Below, piece after piece: positions 38,054 to 49,886 of a DNA stretch of 64,000 bases (position 1 is its first letter; each line of letters begins with the position of its first letter). A program made the position numbers and the translations under genes. Source of the DNA: Callorhinchus milii (lineage: Eukaryota). A model generated the notes under the pieces. It saw nothing but the letters and a program-made list of their open reading frames with translations, ran no database searches and had not been told where the DNA came from. The stretch is from assembly GCF_018977255.1 (NCBI RefSeq), contig NW_024704743.1, positions 29,824,001-29,888,000 on the forward strand. Reading direction: 5' to 3'.

Positions 38054-41000
38054 GTGGGTACAGCGCGGCTCCTTACTGATCACTCACTCTCTCACACACT
38101 CACACACTGACACACTCACTCACACACTCACTCACTCACTCACACACACACTGACACACTCACACACTCACTCACTCACACACTGACACACTCTCTTACA
38201 CACTCTCTTACACTCACACACTCACACACACACTCACACTCACTCACTCACACACTCACACACTCACTCACTCACACACTGACACACTCACACACTCACT
38301 CACACACTGACACACTCACTCACTGACACACTCACTCACTCACACACTCACACTGACACACTCACACACTGACACACTCTCTTACACACTCTCTTACACA
38401 CTCACTCTCTTACACACTCACTCACACACTGACACACTCTCTTACACACTCACTCTCTTACACACTCACTCACACACTGACACACTCACACACTCTTACA
38501 CGCTCACACACTCACTCACACACTCACTGACACTCACTCACACACTCACCGACACACTCATTTACACACTCACTCTCTTACACACTCATTTAAACACTCA
38601 CTGACACACTCACCGACATACTCATTTACACACTCACTCTCTTACACACTCATTTAAACACTCACTCTCTTACACACTCATTTACACACTCACTCTCTTA
38701 CACTCATGTATACTCATTTACACAAACGCTCACTTACACATTTACACACCTGCTCACTTACACACTCATTTACACACTCACTCTTACACACATTTACACA
38801 CTCACTCTCTTACACGCTCACTCTCTTACACGCTCACTCACTGACACGCTCACTCACTGACACGCTCACTCACTGACACGCTCACTCACTGACACGCTCA
38901 CTCACTGACACGCTCACTCACAGACACGCTCACTCACAGACACGCTCACTCACTGACACGCTCACTCACTGACACGCTCACTCACTCAGACACACTCACT
39001 CACTGACACGCTCACTGACACACTCACTCACTGACACGCTCGCTCACTGACACGCTCGCTCACTAACACGCTCGCTCACTAACACGCTCGCTCACTGACA
39101 CGCTCCCTCACTGACACGCTCCCTCACTGACAGGCTCCCTCACAGACACGCTCACTCACAGACACACTCACTCACTGACACGCTCACTCACTGACACGCT
39201 CACAGACACGCTCACTCACAGACACGCTCACTCACTGACACGCTCACTCACTGACACGCTCACTCACTGACACGCTCACTCACTGACACGCTCCCTCACA
39301 GACACACTCCCTCACAGACACGCTCCCTCACAGACACGCTCACTCACAGACACGCTCACTCACTGACACACTCACTGACACGCTCACAGACACGCTCACA
39401 GACACGCTCACAGACACGCTCACTCACAGACACGCTCACTCACAGACACGCTCACTCACTGACACGCTCACTCACTCAGACTCACTCACTGACACGCTCA
39501 CTCACTGACGCCCTCACTCACTCAGACACACTCACTCACTGACACGCTCACTCACTCAGACACACTCCCTCACTGACACGCTCACTCACTCAGACACTGG
39601 CTGAGGGGCTGGTCAGCAATGTCCCACAAACAGTCGTAGATTGAAAATGACCAATTTATTATTGTTTTGGGTTTTGGAGGGATTATTATTAGGTGTGTGG
39701 AGTAAGGAAACTTGCCCAAGGTTTCGCCCTCTGCCTGGAATTGAACTCAGGTCTCTCACTTGCAAAGCGAGTGCTCTAACCACTGAGGACTCCACAGTAG
39801 CTCAGTGGTTAGAGCGCTCGCCTCGCAAGAGAGAGACCTGGCTTCGATTCCCGGCCAGGACGAAACCTTGGGCAAGTTTCCTTACTCCACACGCCTCTGT
39901 TTATCTAGCAGTAGGTAGGAACAAGGCCGTGGAGGGTTTTGAAGGCGAGGGCCAGGATCTTGAACTGTATCCTTTGAGTGATGTGGAGCTACTGGAGCCG
40001 GGCGAGGATGGAGGTGATAGGGTCGCATAGTGCGTGAGAGGTCACGGGCTGCGGGGTTCTGCATGATCTGCAGCCTGGGGAGGGAGGAGTTGGGGAGGCC
40101 GACAAGCAGGGAAGTAGTCGAGCCTGGATGTAATGAATGTGTGGAAGAGGATCTTGGCGTCCTGGGGTGAGAGACACCGGCAATGTGGCCGAGATGTTTT
40201 TATCAAACAGAGTTCCTGTTGTTGTTCGCTATACAAAGACCACTGTTGGAAGGTGCAGATGTTGGGTGAGGACAGGGTCAGGTTTGGCTTTAATGCCCTA
40301 TGGTGAAATACACTAGTGATTTGTCCCGTTCATTTGCAGAGAGCACTTAATTCCTATTTTGACTCAGACGTCCAGCCATCTTCCTCAGCCATGGAAACTC
40401 CTTCGCAGTTGGATGAGGGAGCAAGCTCTCAGGTGTGGTAAGTACAATCCGCCACAATTAAATATAATGTATTTAAAGACTCGTGTGCTTTTAGTGAGGC
40501 GGACGGAGCAGAGTGTGTGGGGTCACTGATGGTTCTGAAGAGAAACGAGGATCCTAGCTTGAAAAAAAAGGAATAATACTTGCAATTTGATATTAGTACT
40601 TTTCACCTCGGAAGGATATTTCAAAGTACTTCACAGGATTTGCTGTTAAGTATAGTGACACTGTATTTAGTATGCACATGTTCATACAGATATGTGCAAA
40701 CACCATCAATTGTTCTGGACAATTAAACCAATCGTGATATCTGAGCAGGGGTGCAGATCTGTACTCTTATTGTCAAGAGCATCTTTGGGCAGTTCCGAAT
40801 GTTCCTGTTTTGCTAGCCTTGTGGAATGGCAAAGTAGAACAAATAAAACTGTAGAGAAGTTTCTCCTGATTTGAGTTGATCATTGCTTTGCCAAGCTACT
40901 GTTGTTTAGAGGTAGACATTATAATCAATATTTTGTATTAGTGGGGTGTACCTTTGAACTGAAACTCTTCCACAGGAATATTGCAGTCGTATGTCACGCA

Positions 41001-44000
41001 CTCCAGAGGTTGCATGTTTAAGACCACACCTGTGCAGAGTTAGCTGATCTCAGCTGGGACAACAGGCCAGGCACTATATTCGGAGGGATTATGAGTCAAG
41101 ATTCATCAATCTTGGACCATACATATGATTGATCAAAGCCCGTCACAACTGTGCCCTTCCATTTTGTAAAATATTTCAGCCGCTGGGACGAAATAAGTTG
41201 TGTGCCTGTGTTTCAAGTGTGATATATTAAGCTATATATTGATATATCTAAGATGTGGCTATTTCTAACGGAATTAATTCGTTAATAAGGAAACTGAAAA
41301 TATGTGATAAGGAACTATGTCAAATGCAAGGATTGTTATACCGTATCACCCTAACCAGTGGGAACTCTGTTACCACATTATCTATTTTGGAGCAGAGTTC
41401 CTGCGGGTTGGCTATATATGCATGATCTTCGTCTGGTTACGTGAATGAGTCCAACTCGGTCTCTACATTAAGGAATCCCATTAGTAATTGTCACATATTA
41501 GTTTTTTTTACTCTTCCCATTATGATTTGTGTCATGATCTTAAGGGATCAAGGGGTCCACTTAAAGGATCTTCCTGAACCTTCTGAAGTCAATGGATGAC
41601 TTCCATCCTTTTGTTAATCTTTGTCTCTATGGTTTAATTGAATGAGATGGCTGGGTGCAAGGATTTTTAGGAGACCATGGGTTTGGCATGAAACCATGAC
41701 ACACAACCATGCTTTATATCAGTCTCAAATACTAGCTGAGCAGGAAAACTGGCAGACAGAGAAGCTATAACAAAATTGTGTCTATGTATAATGCCAAATA
41801 ACATTCATATATTTTTGTAATAAAACATTTTTTCATGCAGTATTGATCTGACAGACAAGGACAAAGTGAAAACGGACAATGTGAAAACTGACAAGGACAT
41901 TTGTGAGCAGGAGCAAGTGGATGAAAGTCGCATTTCATTGCTAACCTGGAACATTGATGGACTAGACCAGAAAAACATACAAGAAAGAGCCCGAGCTGTT
42001 TGTTCCCTCATAGCGCTGTGAGTAAAGCCCTTTAAGCCATTCAGAATTGTCACAGTTAACTCTCTCAGGATAACTTGCAACAGTATTTATATTAAGACAT
42101 TTTGAAGAAAAATATTTTTTTTGGTCATTTCTGTGATTGTAATCACTATATTTTCATTATATAAATTGATAATTTGTCACTCCAAGGGCTCAATGATGAT
42201 TTATCCTGAGTGGCGAATTAGATATATGCATAAATAAATGAATAAATGTGGCTGGGATATTGACGGTTTGTTAATTTAAGTGGTAAGTGATGATGAGTTA
42301 AGACAGGGTTGAGTTATCAGGTGTTTACTGTATATAAAATTAAATAAATATATGAAAATGATGCTACACATTTAATTTATGTATCTATTTTTAATAAATA
42401 TGTATAAAGTAAATGCGCAGCATCATTTTTCTGGTAAGTAATCTTCAGTTGTGGTCAATGATGTTATCAGACACCTCAGCTGAATTGAGTGAATATACAC
42501 ATTTACAGTGTCTAAACATTTGGCAGTTTGGCACATCATCCTTGAGTTCACATTTACATTGGTAAACCTCTGGCTCGTCAGTGGTGTTATCATGGTCATT
42601 TTTAATTGTTGCAAATTATAAACAATTTAAATTTTTCAACTCACAAGTGACATAGTGTTTAAATGCTTTAACGCTGATGGAGAAATATGAATAATATCTA
42701 TATATCTAAATGTACAAGTTATATTTACAGTTGTTACATTCATGTTTTTTCTTGCCCACATGAAAGGTTCTTTCTGCACAGCTTCAGTTATTGGATTTGA
42801 TTTTTATCTTTCTAAAATATGACTTTGCAGGAGGTTGGAGTGGTTTGGGGAATTATAGTCTGTGATAGTCTCTGTGATCCAGTGCTTTCATGTATTCAGT
42901 GGAATCAAATGAAGATTTTTACCTCACTCACTGGATGCCAGTGATTCACAGTAGCCTTCAACGTGGCTGTGTAGTTCTGATTAAGTTGTGTTTAACTTTT
43001 TTTTTAAAAGTCCTTACATTTGAAATAGAGCCTTTTACGTTGGGAGGATTCAAAGTAATCACATGATTTTGCTGTTAAGTGTAATGGCTGTGAATTTTGT
43101 AGACAAATGAGGCAGCCAGTTTGCGCACAGCGATGTCCCACAAACAGCCAAGGAGTGAGTGACCAAATTCGTTTGGGGGATGATTGGCCAGGACACCAGG
43201 AGAAACTCTTTGCTCTTTTCAAGCAGTGCCTTGGGATCTTTAACATCCACCTGAACAGGAAGGTGGGACCTTGGTTTTATGTCTCATGTGACGGACGGCA
43301 CCTCTAACAGTATTGTACTGGAGTGTCAATTTAGACTGAGTTCAAAGTCCCAATGTGGGACTTGAACCCACAGCATTCTGACTAAGCAGCGAGAATACTG
43401 CCAACTCAGCCAGGCTGACATCTTCAATGACCTTTCAACCCCCTCCACCATTCCCTTTGATGATCACGACATCTTTCACAATTTTGCTAAACTTCACTTT
43501 GAATTCTACCTGCGCTCTATGGATGAAATCTTATAAATCAATCGCCAACTTATAAACTTAAAAGTGTAGGTTTCAGACGTTGTTAAAGAGCCAGCCAAGT
43601 GCTATTTGTGTTAAGAATGTCCTGTTCAACTTTCCGGGCTTGTCCCAAAGATTGAGGGACTCACATCCCTGATGCTGTGGAAGGATCATGTGGGAAACAA
43701 GCACAGTACGGTACAATTTACTGTAAGGTGATGAGTTGAAGGGTAAATACAGTACAGTTTATCCTTCAACTCACCACCACTAGATGGTGCCTAGAGAACA
43801 GCTGTAGTGCATTTACTCTGCTCAAGTCTTTGCTTGTAGTGTACATTTAGCAGTGAGATTGCTGCCCAAATCATGGTGATTTACCAGTTAAAGTCTAGTG
43901 TTAAAGCAGTGGTAGTATGCAACACCAACACACCAGCTCCAACCTCAGTCATATTGTTATAAATTACACGATGAAAATTTAAGACTCATTTTCATTAAGG

Positions 44001-47000
44001 TTCATTTTCATCAATGCTTTCTTTGTTTCTTTAAACTTAAGGTATACCCCAGACATAGTGTTTCTGCAAGAAGTTATTCCACCTTATTACAATTATTTGA
44101 AGAAACGAGCTGTGAGCTACACAATTATTCCAGGTACAAAACAAATTATAGGATACTTGTTCAATGTTTTAAGAAGTGCAGTATCTGTGTCTCGATAGAA
44201 ACTATTCTGAGGCTATCCTACTTGGCTCCTGTCAGTGTTTTCCCACTTCCACCTCGTGTGGCCGGTACAGAGCTTTGGCGCTTTGTTTGACTCTTCCTCT
44301 GAGAGGCTGGTGGTCAGGGTCAGGCTGTGTGTGGGGGTCGCTGTGGGTAGTGGAGGGGTTGACGGATGGTGTGAAGCTGGGAATAGAAAGCCAGTGTATG
44401 ATGTCCCCCCCACCCCCACAGGCCGGAGACAGAACCCTCATCACATCACAGGACCCCCAGCTCCCCCCAGGCTATCTGACTGTGACTGTCTGTCAGTGGA
44501 GTCCTGTAGCTCAGTGGTTAGAGCACTCGCTTCGCAAGCGAGAGACCTGAGTTCAATTCCAGGCAGGGCGAAACCTTGGGCAAGTTTCCTTACTCCACAC
44601 AGAGCCTAATAATAATCCCTCCAAAAACAAAAACAATAATAAAATTGGTCATTTTCAATCTACGACTGTTTGTGGGACACTGCTGTGCGCAATTGGCTGC
44701 TGCGTTCGCCCACAAATATACAGTCAATTCACTTTACAGACTATTCTGTGAAGTGCTTTGGGACGTCTAGAAGACGTGAAAAACGCTATATCAAATGCAA
44801 GGATTATTATTATTATTATTCCAGGCTCTGACCAAGTCTGCTGTCCTCCATCTCTGCAACATTGCTCACCCACCTCAACCTGACAAACCCTCATCTATTT
44901 CCTTTGACTCTTCAGATTCGATTTCTCCAATCTAAATAGTGCTGCTGCAGCCTCCCTTGCCCTACCTTTCATAAGCTTCCAAACATCCAGAGCTCTGTGA
45001 TGTGCCTTCCTTCCCGCAACAAGCACTTACTTCAGCAGATCAATTAAGTTAATCCTCAACATCAAATGCCTCCATAACCTTGCCTCACCTACCTCTGCAA
45101 TCCTCTGTGTTCCTACTCCTTCGCTTGTCCCATCTGCTTTGTCGGGTCCTGACCCAACTGTACAGCGCCTTGGGACGTCCTCCCGACGTGAAAGGCGCAC
45201 AATAAATGGAATCTTGTTGTTGTTGTTGCTTTGTCATCTCTGGTCTCCTTCATATCCCCTACCTGCTCCTCTGTACAATCGGTAGGCGAACTTTCAACCA
45301 CTTTGGCCCACTCCTTGAAACTTACAAAATCCCTCTACCTTGCTCCCTCTTTCTGCTTTCAACCCCTCACCCCCCAAAAAAAATACCTACCTCTTTGAGA
45401 TTGTCTTTGACCATCTTTCCCTTATCCTCTTTGCCTCCAGCTCAGGCTCCTATTCAGATTTTGTAAAGTACTATGAGATATTATCCAACATCATATGTTC
45501 CATATAAATGCAAGCCGTTGTTGTTATAATCAGTGTTGTTATTGGTGCACTACAAAATGGTCAGTGACTTTTTGTAATTTGTACTATCCATTTTCCTTAC
45601 TTATAGATGATATTTTCCTTTTTAACCAGATCAATGTGAGAGGAAATTGGTTTATTGATGTAAGTCATCTGTGCTGAACTGTTAATATTTTAAGAATTTG
45701 AATGGAGAGACTGACCGACGAATGGCCTGAAATTGCTGTTATGTTTCAACAACCCAGTTGTAATCATGCTTCTAGTTGTTTCGAGAAGGCATTGCCATAA
45801 AGGTAGAGCTGAATTGTGGTAGCCACAGTATTATAAACTGACTAAACTACAGTATCAATGTATTATTGTTGCGTTGGGCAAATGGTGTAGGGAGTTTGCA
45901 TTGCTAATCTACTGTTGAAAGAGTGAATGGAGGGAGAACACGGTTGGATGGAAACTGAGACCAGAGGAAAAATGTGAACTGAAGCAGTTCAGTTATTGTT
46001 TTGTTTGTTTCAATAGATAAAAGATTTGGTATTAACCATCAACTGACAACTATAACCACATGATAGTGGTGAATCATAATCTCTCTACAAATAATTTCAA
46101 TAAAGGATGACGCTCACTTTTCAGATTTCTTCCTCTTTTGTTGACAAAGATTCAAAGGTTGAAACCTAACAATTATGGAACTAAATCTATTTTGAGAGGA
46201 TTTAGACCCAGTATAAACATCTCCATCCCAGAAAATTCCGGAGAAAGTCCAAAAAATGTGCTGTCAATTAATACCCCCCGCACCCACCCTGGCCAATTGA
46301 ATGCTTTGACTGAATCCCAAATCATCCAATGCAGATTTTTTGGGGTCAACCAGGTGTCTGACACAAATACCATCACCATGCTTAAGAGAATCCAAACCAA
46401 GTTGAGAATTCCACATGAATCACACCTTTCCCTGTGTCTGGGATGGAATGCACATTCTCTCCCTGGAGGGACGCATCCTGCTTACCTAATTGCAGAAGGT
46501 ATTAGGTGCAGGTTGGCAAGAGCCAAGGCTTGGGAACTCCAGAGAGAAGATCATCATCAAATGTGCTGTGATGTTGGATATGAAATCTAACCTTGCCTAA
46601 TTGATGAGAGGCCACATGGAATCGAGTATTCACATAATACGAGGAAAATCTGGAAGAGTGAGAGGCAAGACATGGGCTATTCACTTACATATTTATTTAG
46701 CAACAAAATTCTAAATGCATCTCTTGTTTTCTCTGCTTAGCGGATGAGGAGGGCTACTATACGGCAATAATGCTGAAAAAGTCCCGTGTGAAGCTGCTGA
46801 AACAAGAAATAACACCTTTCCTAAGCACCTCTATGGAAAGAAATCTCCTCATTGTGCAGGTAGGAAGGATCAAAATGGATAAGACTAATTCTTGCAGTTG
46901 TTAGAGGAACCATAATGCTGAGCATCTCACAGCACTTCAGAGATAATTGCTACGAAGTGAAGTTACCAGGTATCTGTTTTCTTGTACTGTTTCAACTTCT

Positions 47001-49886
47001 TAAAAATATTTTTTATTATCTTTCAATACTGCATTTTGGTAATTGTTGCTTTCTTTTTCTGTTGTCATTGTTTTATATTGCTGATCCCCAACCCACCCAA
47101 TTCTTCTCGTCGTCCCCCACCCTTCCATAAATTGGTCATTCATACACTTAATGACTTGGCTATGGCATTTGCCCACCAAATACACAATCGCTAGACTCTC
47201 CAGTAAATCTAGAGAAGTACAGATGTTACAACAATGTGATAAGGTTGTTGCAATGTCACTTCCTGTGCGCTGCACAAGCACAGGGCGCAGGAAATGATGA
47301 TGACTTCAGTAGCTGAAAGTTGGCCATTTTCTGCACAGGACTGGCCATTTGTGCCAGAAGCAAATCTGAGTTCTAATCAATTGCATTATGGTGGGGTTCT
47401 ACTGTGTTTCCATCGAGCTGTGGTATTCTTTGTGAGGGGCAAAATTATCACAAACACCAGGAAGTATTTTTTTTAGACAAATGATATTTAATAGCTGGAA
47501 CGAGTTACCAAGAAGAGGCTAGGACGCTGGCCTCATTTAAGAGTGATAATGTAATGGGAAGATAGTAGTATGGTTATTCTGGAAGGATGAGATCAAATAG
47601 GCCAATAGATCTTATTCATATGAACTTTGTTTGTTATACTGGGAGTCAGTGTTGCAGACATGTGGTAATCATGTATGTTTCTATTCCAGGTGAACATTGC
47701 AGGGAATGAGCTCTGTTTAATGACTTCGCACCTGGAGAGCACTAAGGACCATTCTAGGGAGCGGGTCCGACAACTGCAAACTGTGATGAAAAAGATGCAA
47801 GATGCAGCGGAAACTGCAACGGTGATCTTTGGAGGCGACACAAACCTAAGGGACCATGAGGTGAGTTTTGCAAAAGGTGTGAAAATCTGACTTGAGAACA
47901 TAGGAACGAAAGAACCCTTGGAGCCTGTTCTGCCACGAAGTCTGGGACAGCCCCTTAATTCCATTTCCCTGCCTTTGTCCATATGAAAAATGCCACATTT
48001 CACAGCAAATCTGATCATATTGAATCTGTAAAGAAACGGAAGAAATTCAGCCAATTGACTGTTTTTCATGGCTCTGTCCTTGACTGGTTCAGATCGTTCC
48101 TCTCACACCGCCTCCACTTCATCTCCACAAAAGGCTTCTCCTCCAGTTCCCACACAGTCTCAAGCAGCATTCCTCAGGGTTCTGTCCTTGGTTCCCTCCT
48201 CTTCAATATCTATATACTGCCTCTTGGTGACATCATCCGCAGACACAGGGTCAACTTCCACATGTATGCAGATGACACCCAACTCTACTTCTCTGCCTCC
48301 ACCCTTGACTCCAGGACCACTGCTGTCCTGACAGAATGTCTCTGACATCAAGTCCTGAATGAGAGCTAACTTTCTTCAGTTGAACGTCAGCAAGACTGAG
48401 ACTCTCCTGATTGGCTCCTGTCAACACCTCCTCACCTCAGGCGCTGACAGCATCACCATCCATGGTTGCACACTCCACCTTGCTAAGCCAGTCTGGAATC
48501 TTGGGGTCTTGTTTGACCCTCAACTATCCTTTCTACCCCACATCTGTGCCATGGCCCACTCTGCCTTCCCCACCTCCGCAACATTGCCCGGCTCCGCCAC
48601 TGTCTCACACCGCAGGCTGCTGAAGCCCTCATACATGCTTCTTCAAGTTACAGTTCAAGATCCTGGTCCTCATCTTCAAAGCCCTCCACGGACTTGCTCC
48701 CCCTATCTCTGCAACTTCCATTTTGATGCCTAACAGACACATACTCTCCCAAAACCATTCACAACTCGCTCTGATAACACACTCAGGTTCCTACCTTCCA
48801 TTGTTAGGAGCTCTTATTTTACCCACCATTGCCTCGGAAGGAAAGGGTCACTTTTCTACTGTCTGGATTTAATGTGTAAGACATGAGCAAGATGAAATTC
48901 AGAACAGACAGTTCTGAGTTTCATTATGCAACAAAACAGGCAGAACTCACTGAGTATGAACGTTTGGCAGAAAGGGTCAAAGGACGGTTGTGATTCCACC
49001 AGGTTTAGTGGAGACTCATTCCTGTTTATGGCATGGACACATGGTAGAGTAGGATGGACATTAAGTAAACATTTCCCCTTGGCTGTTCCTCAACTGCAAG
49101 ATAGCCACATGCGAAGCATCAGCATACATTCACAAAATCCAGTGTTTGAGTCTGAAATGCTATGACACTGTTGTGGTACAAACTGGCTTCATTCAGCCTT
49201 CAGGTTCCCACAACCCACATGACTCAAATACCCAGTCAGATGTGCAAAGCATTTTGGGGTGTTCTCTTCTCCAGATGTGAAAGGCACTGTATAATAGTAA
49301 ATTGTGTTACTGCATTGTGTCTTCCACCTCCACACACAGGAAGCAGCCATCGAGGTGGGAAATTCTAGAATTCTCTATTGATATCTTAGTCTGGGAAGAG
49401 TATGTGTGTCGAGGGGAGATTCAGGATTGGCTATGATGCCTTTCACAGTCTAATGTGATGACACGCACTGTTTGAAGTGACACATGAAGAATGGCCACTT
49501 AGACCAGATACCTTGGAGCTGGTAGGAAATTCGGGGCAAACTAAAAGAAGGGTAATTATTGAAGAGCATGGTTTTATTTCTATTCTCACTACGATCTCTC
49601 CTCACAGGTGACAAAACTTGGAGGTTTAAAAGCTGGGATTTCAGATGTCTGGGAATACCTAGGAAAACCAGAATACTGTCAGTATACGTGGGATACACAA
49701 AACAACAACAATCTGGAGGCTTGTTACAAGTGCAGGCTTCGGTTTGACCGCGTGTTTTTCAGGGCTGGGACCGAGACTCAGATCATCCCACAGCAAATGG
49801 AGCTCGTAGGATTGGACAAGTTGGAATGTGGAAGGTTCCCTAGCGATCACTGGGGCATCCTGTGTGACTTTGATGTGATATTGTGA
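37763..49886 (+). CDS. TDP2: Tyrosyl-DNA phosphodiesterase 2 (UBA-like + EEP domain); 7 exons, 408 aa
   Basis: Exons 37763-38053, 40340-40437, 41841-42017, 44042-44133, 46741-46859, 47690-47860 and 49608-49886. Catalytic motifs TWNIDGL, FLQEV, TSHLES, GDTNLR, YTWDT, RFDR and SDHWG are all intact. Confidence 0.96.
38081..39597. repeat. Compound CA/CT-rich satellite (CACT, CACACTCTCTTA, CTCACTGACACGCTCA units)
   Basis: About 1.5-kb array; the unit changes along its length. Confidence 0.96.
39613..39915. mobile_element. Two SINE 5' halves, back to back (39613-39795 minus, 39797-39915 plus)
   Basis: Both carry the tRNA-like head and CCTTGGGCAAGTTTCCTTACTCCACAC. Confidence 0.88.
39912..40195 (-). 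mobile_element. L2 fragment
   Basis: FITSRLDY, QNPAAR, DPITSILARL. Confidence 0.85.
40340..40437 (+). CDS. TDP2: TDP2 exon 2 (RALNSYFD...)
   Basis: cag|AGA GCA CTT AAT...TG|gtaagt. Confidence 0.92.
41841..42017 (+). CDS. TDP2: TDP2 exon 3 (IDLT...LLTWNIDGLD...CSLIAL)
   Basis: cag|...|gtgagt. Confidence 0.95.
43005..43420 (-). mobile_element. Older Deu-domain SINE, near full length
   Basis: Head, Deu core and tail are all present. Confidence 0.82.
44042..44133 (+). CDS. TDP2: TDP2 exon 4 (YTPDIVFLQEVIPPYY...)
   Basis: aag|...|gtacaa. Confidence 0.95.
44496..44820 (+). mobile_element. Full-length young tRNA-Ala-like SINE, inside a degraded L2 (about 44190-45420)
   Basis: Nearly identical to 36547-36874. 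Confidence 0.93.
46741..46859 (+). CDS. TDP2: TDP2 exon 5 (DEEGYYTAIMLKKSRV...MERNLLIVQ)
   Basis: tag|...|gtagga. Confidence 0.95.
47690..47860 (+). CDS. TDP2: TDP2 exon 6 (VNIAGNELCLMTSHLES...GDTNLRDHE)
   Basis: cag|...|gtgagt. Confidence 0.96.
48062..48718 (+). mobile_element. L2 RT fragment
   Basis: IPQGSVLGSLLFNIY...FHMYADDTQLY. Confidence 0.92.
49608..49886 (+). CDS. TDP2: TDP2 exon 7 (VTKLGG...PSDHWGILCDFDVIL*)
   Basis: cag acceptor; TGA stop; AATAAA cluster at about 51077-51260. Confidence 0.96.
   Translation: MTKLGGLKAGISDVWEYLGKPEYCQYTWDTQNNNNLEACYKCRLRFDRVFFRAGTETQIIPQQMELVGLDKLECGRFPSDHWGILCDFDVIL

Noticed and set aside
40430..40437. Alternative donor CAG|gtgtgg 5 nt upstream in TDP2 exon 2
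   Set aside because: It would frameshift exon 3, and the TG|gtaagt donor is stronger and in phase.
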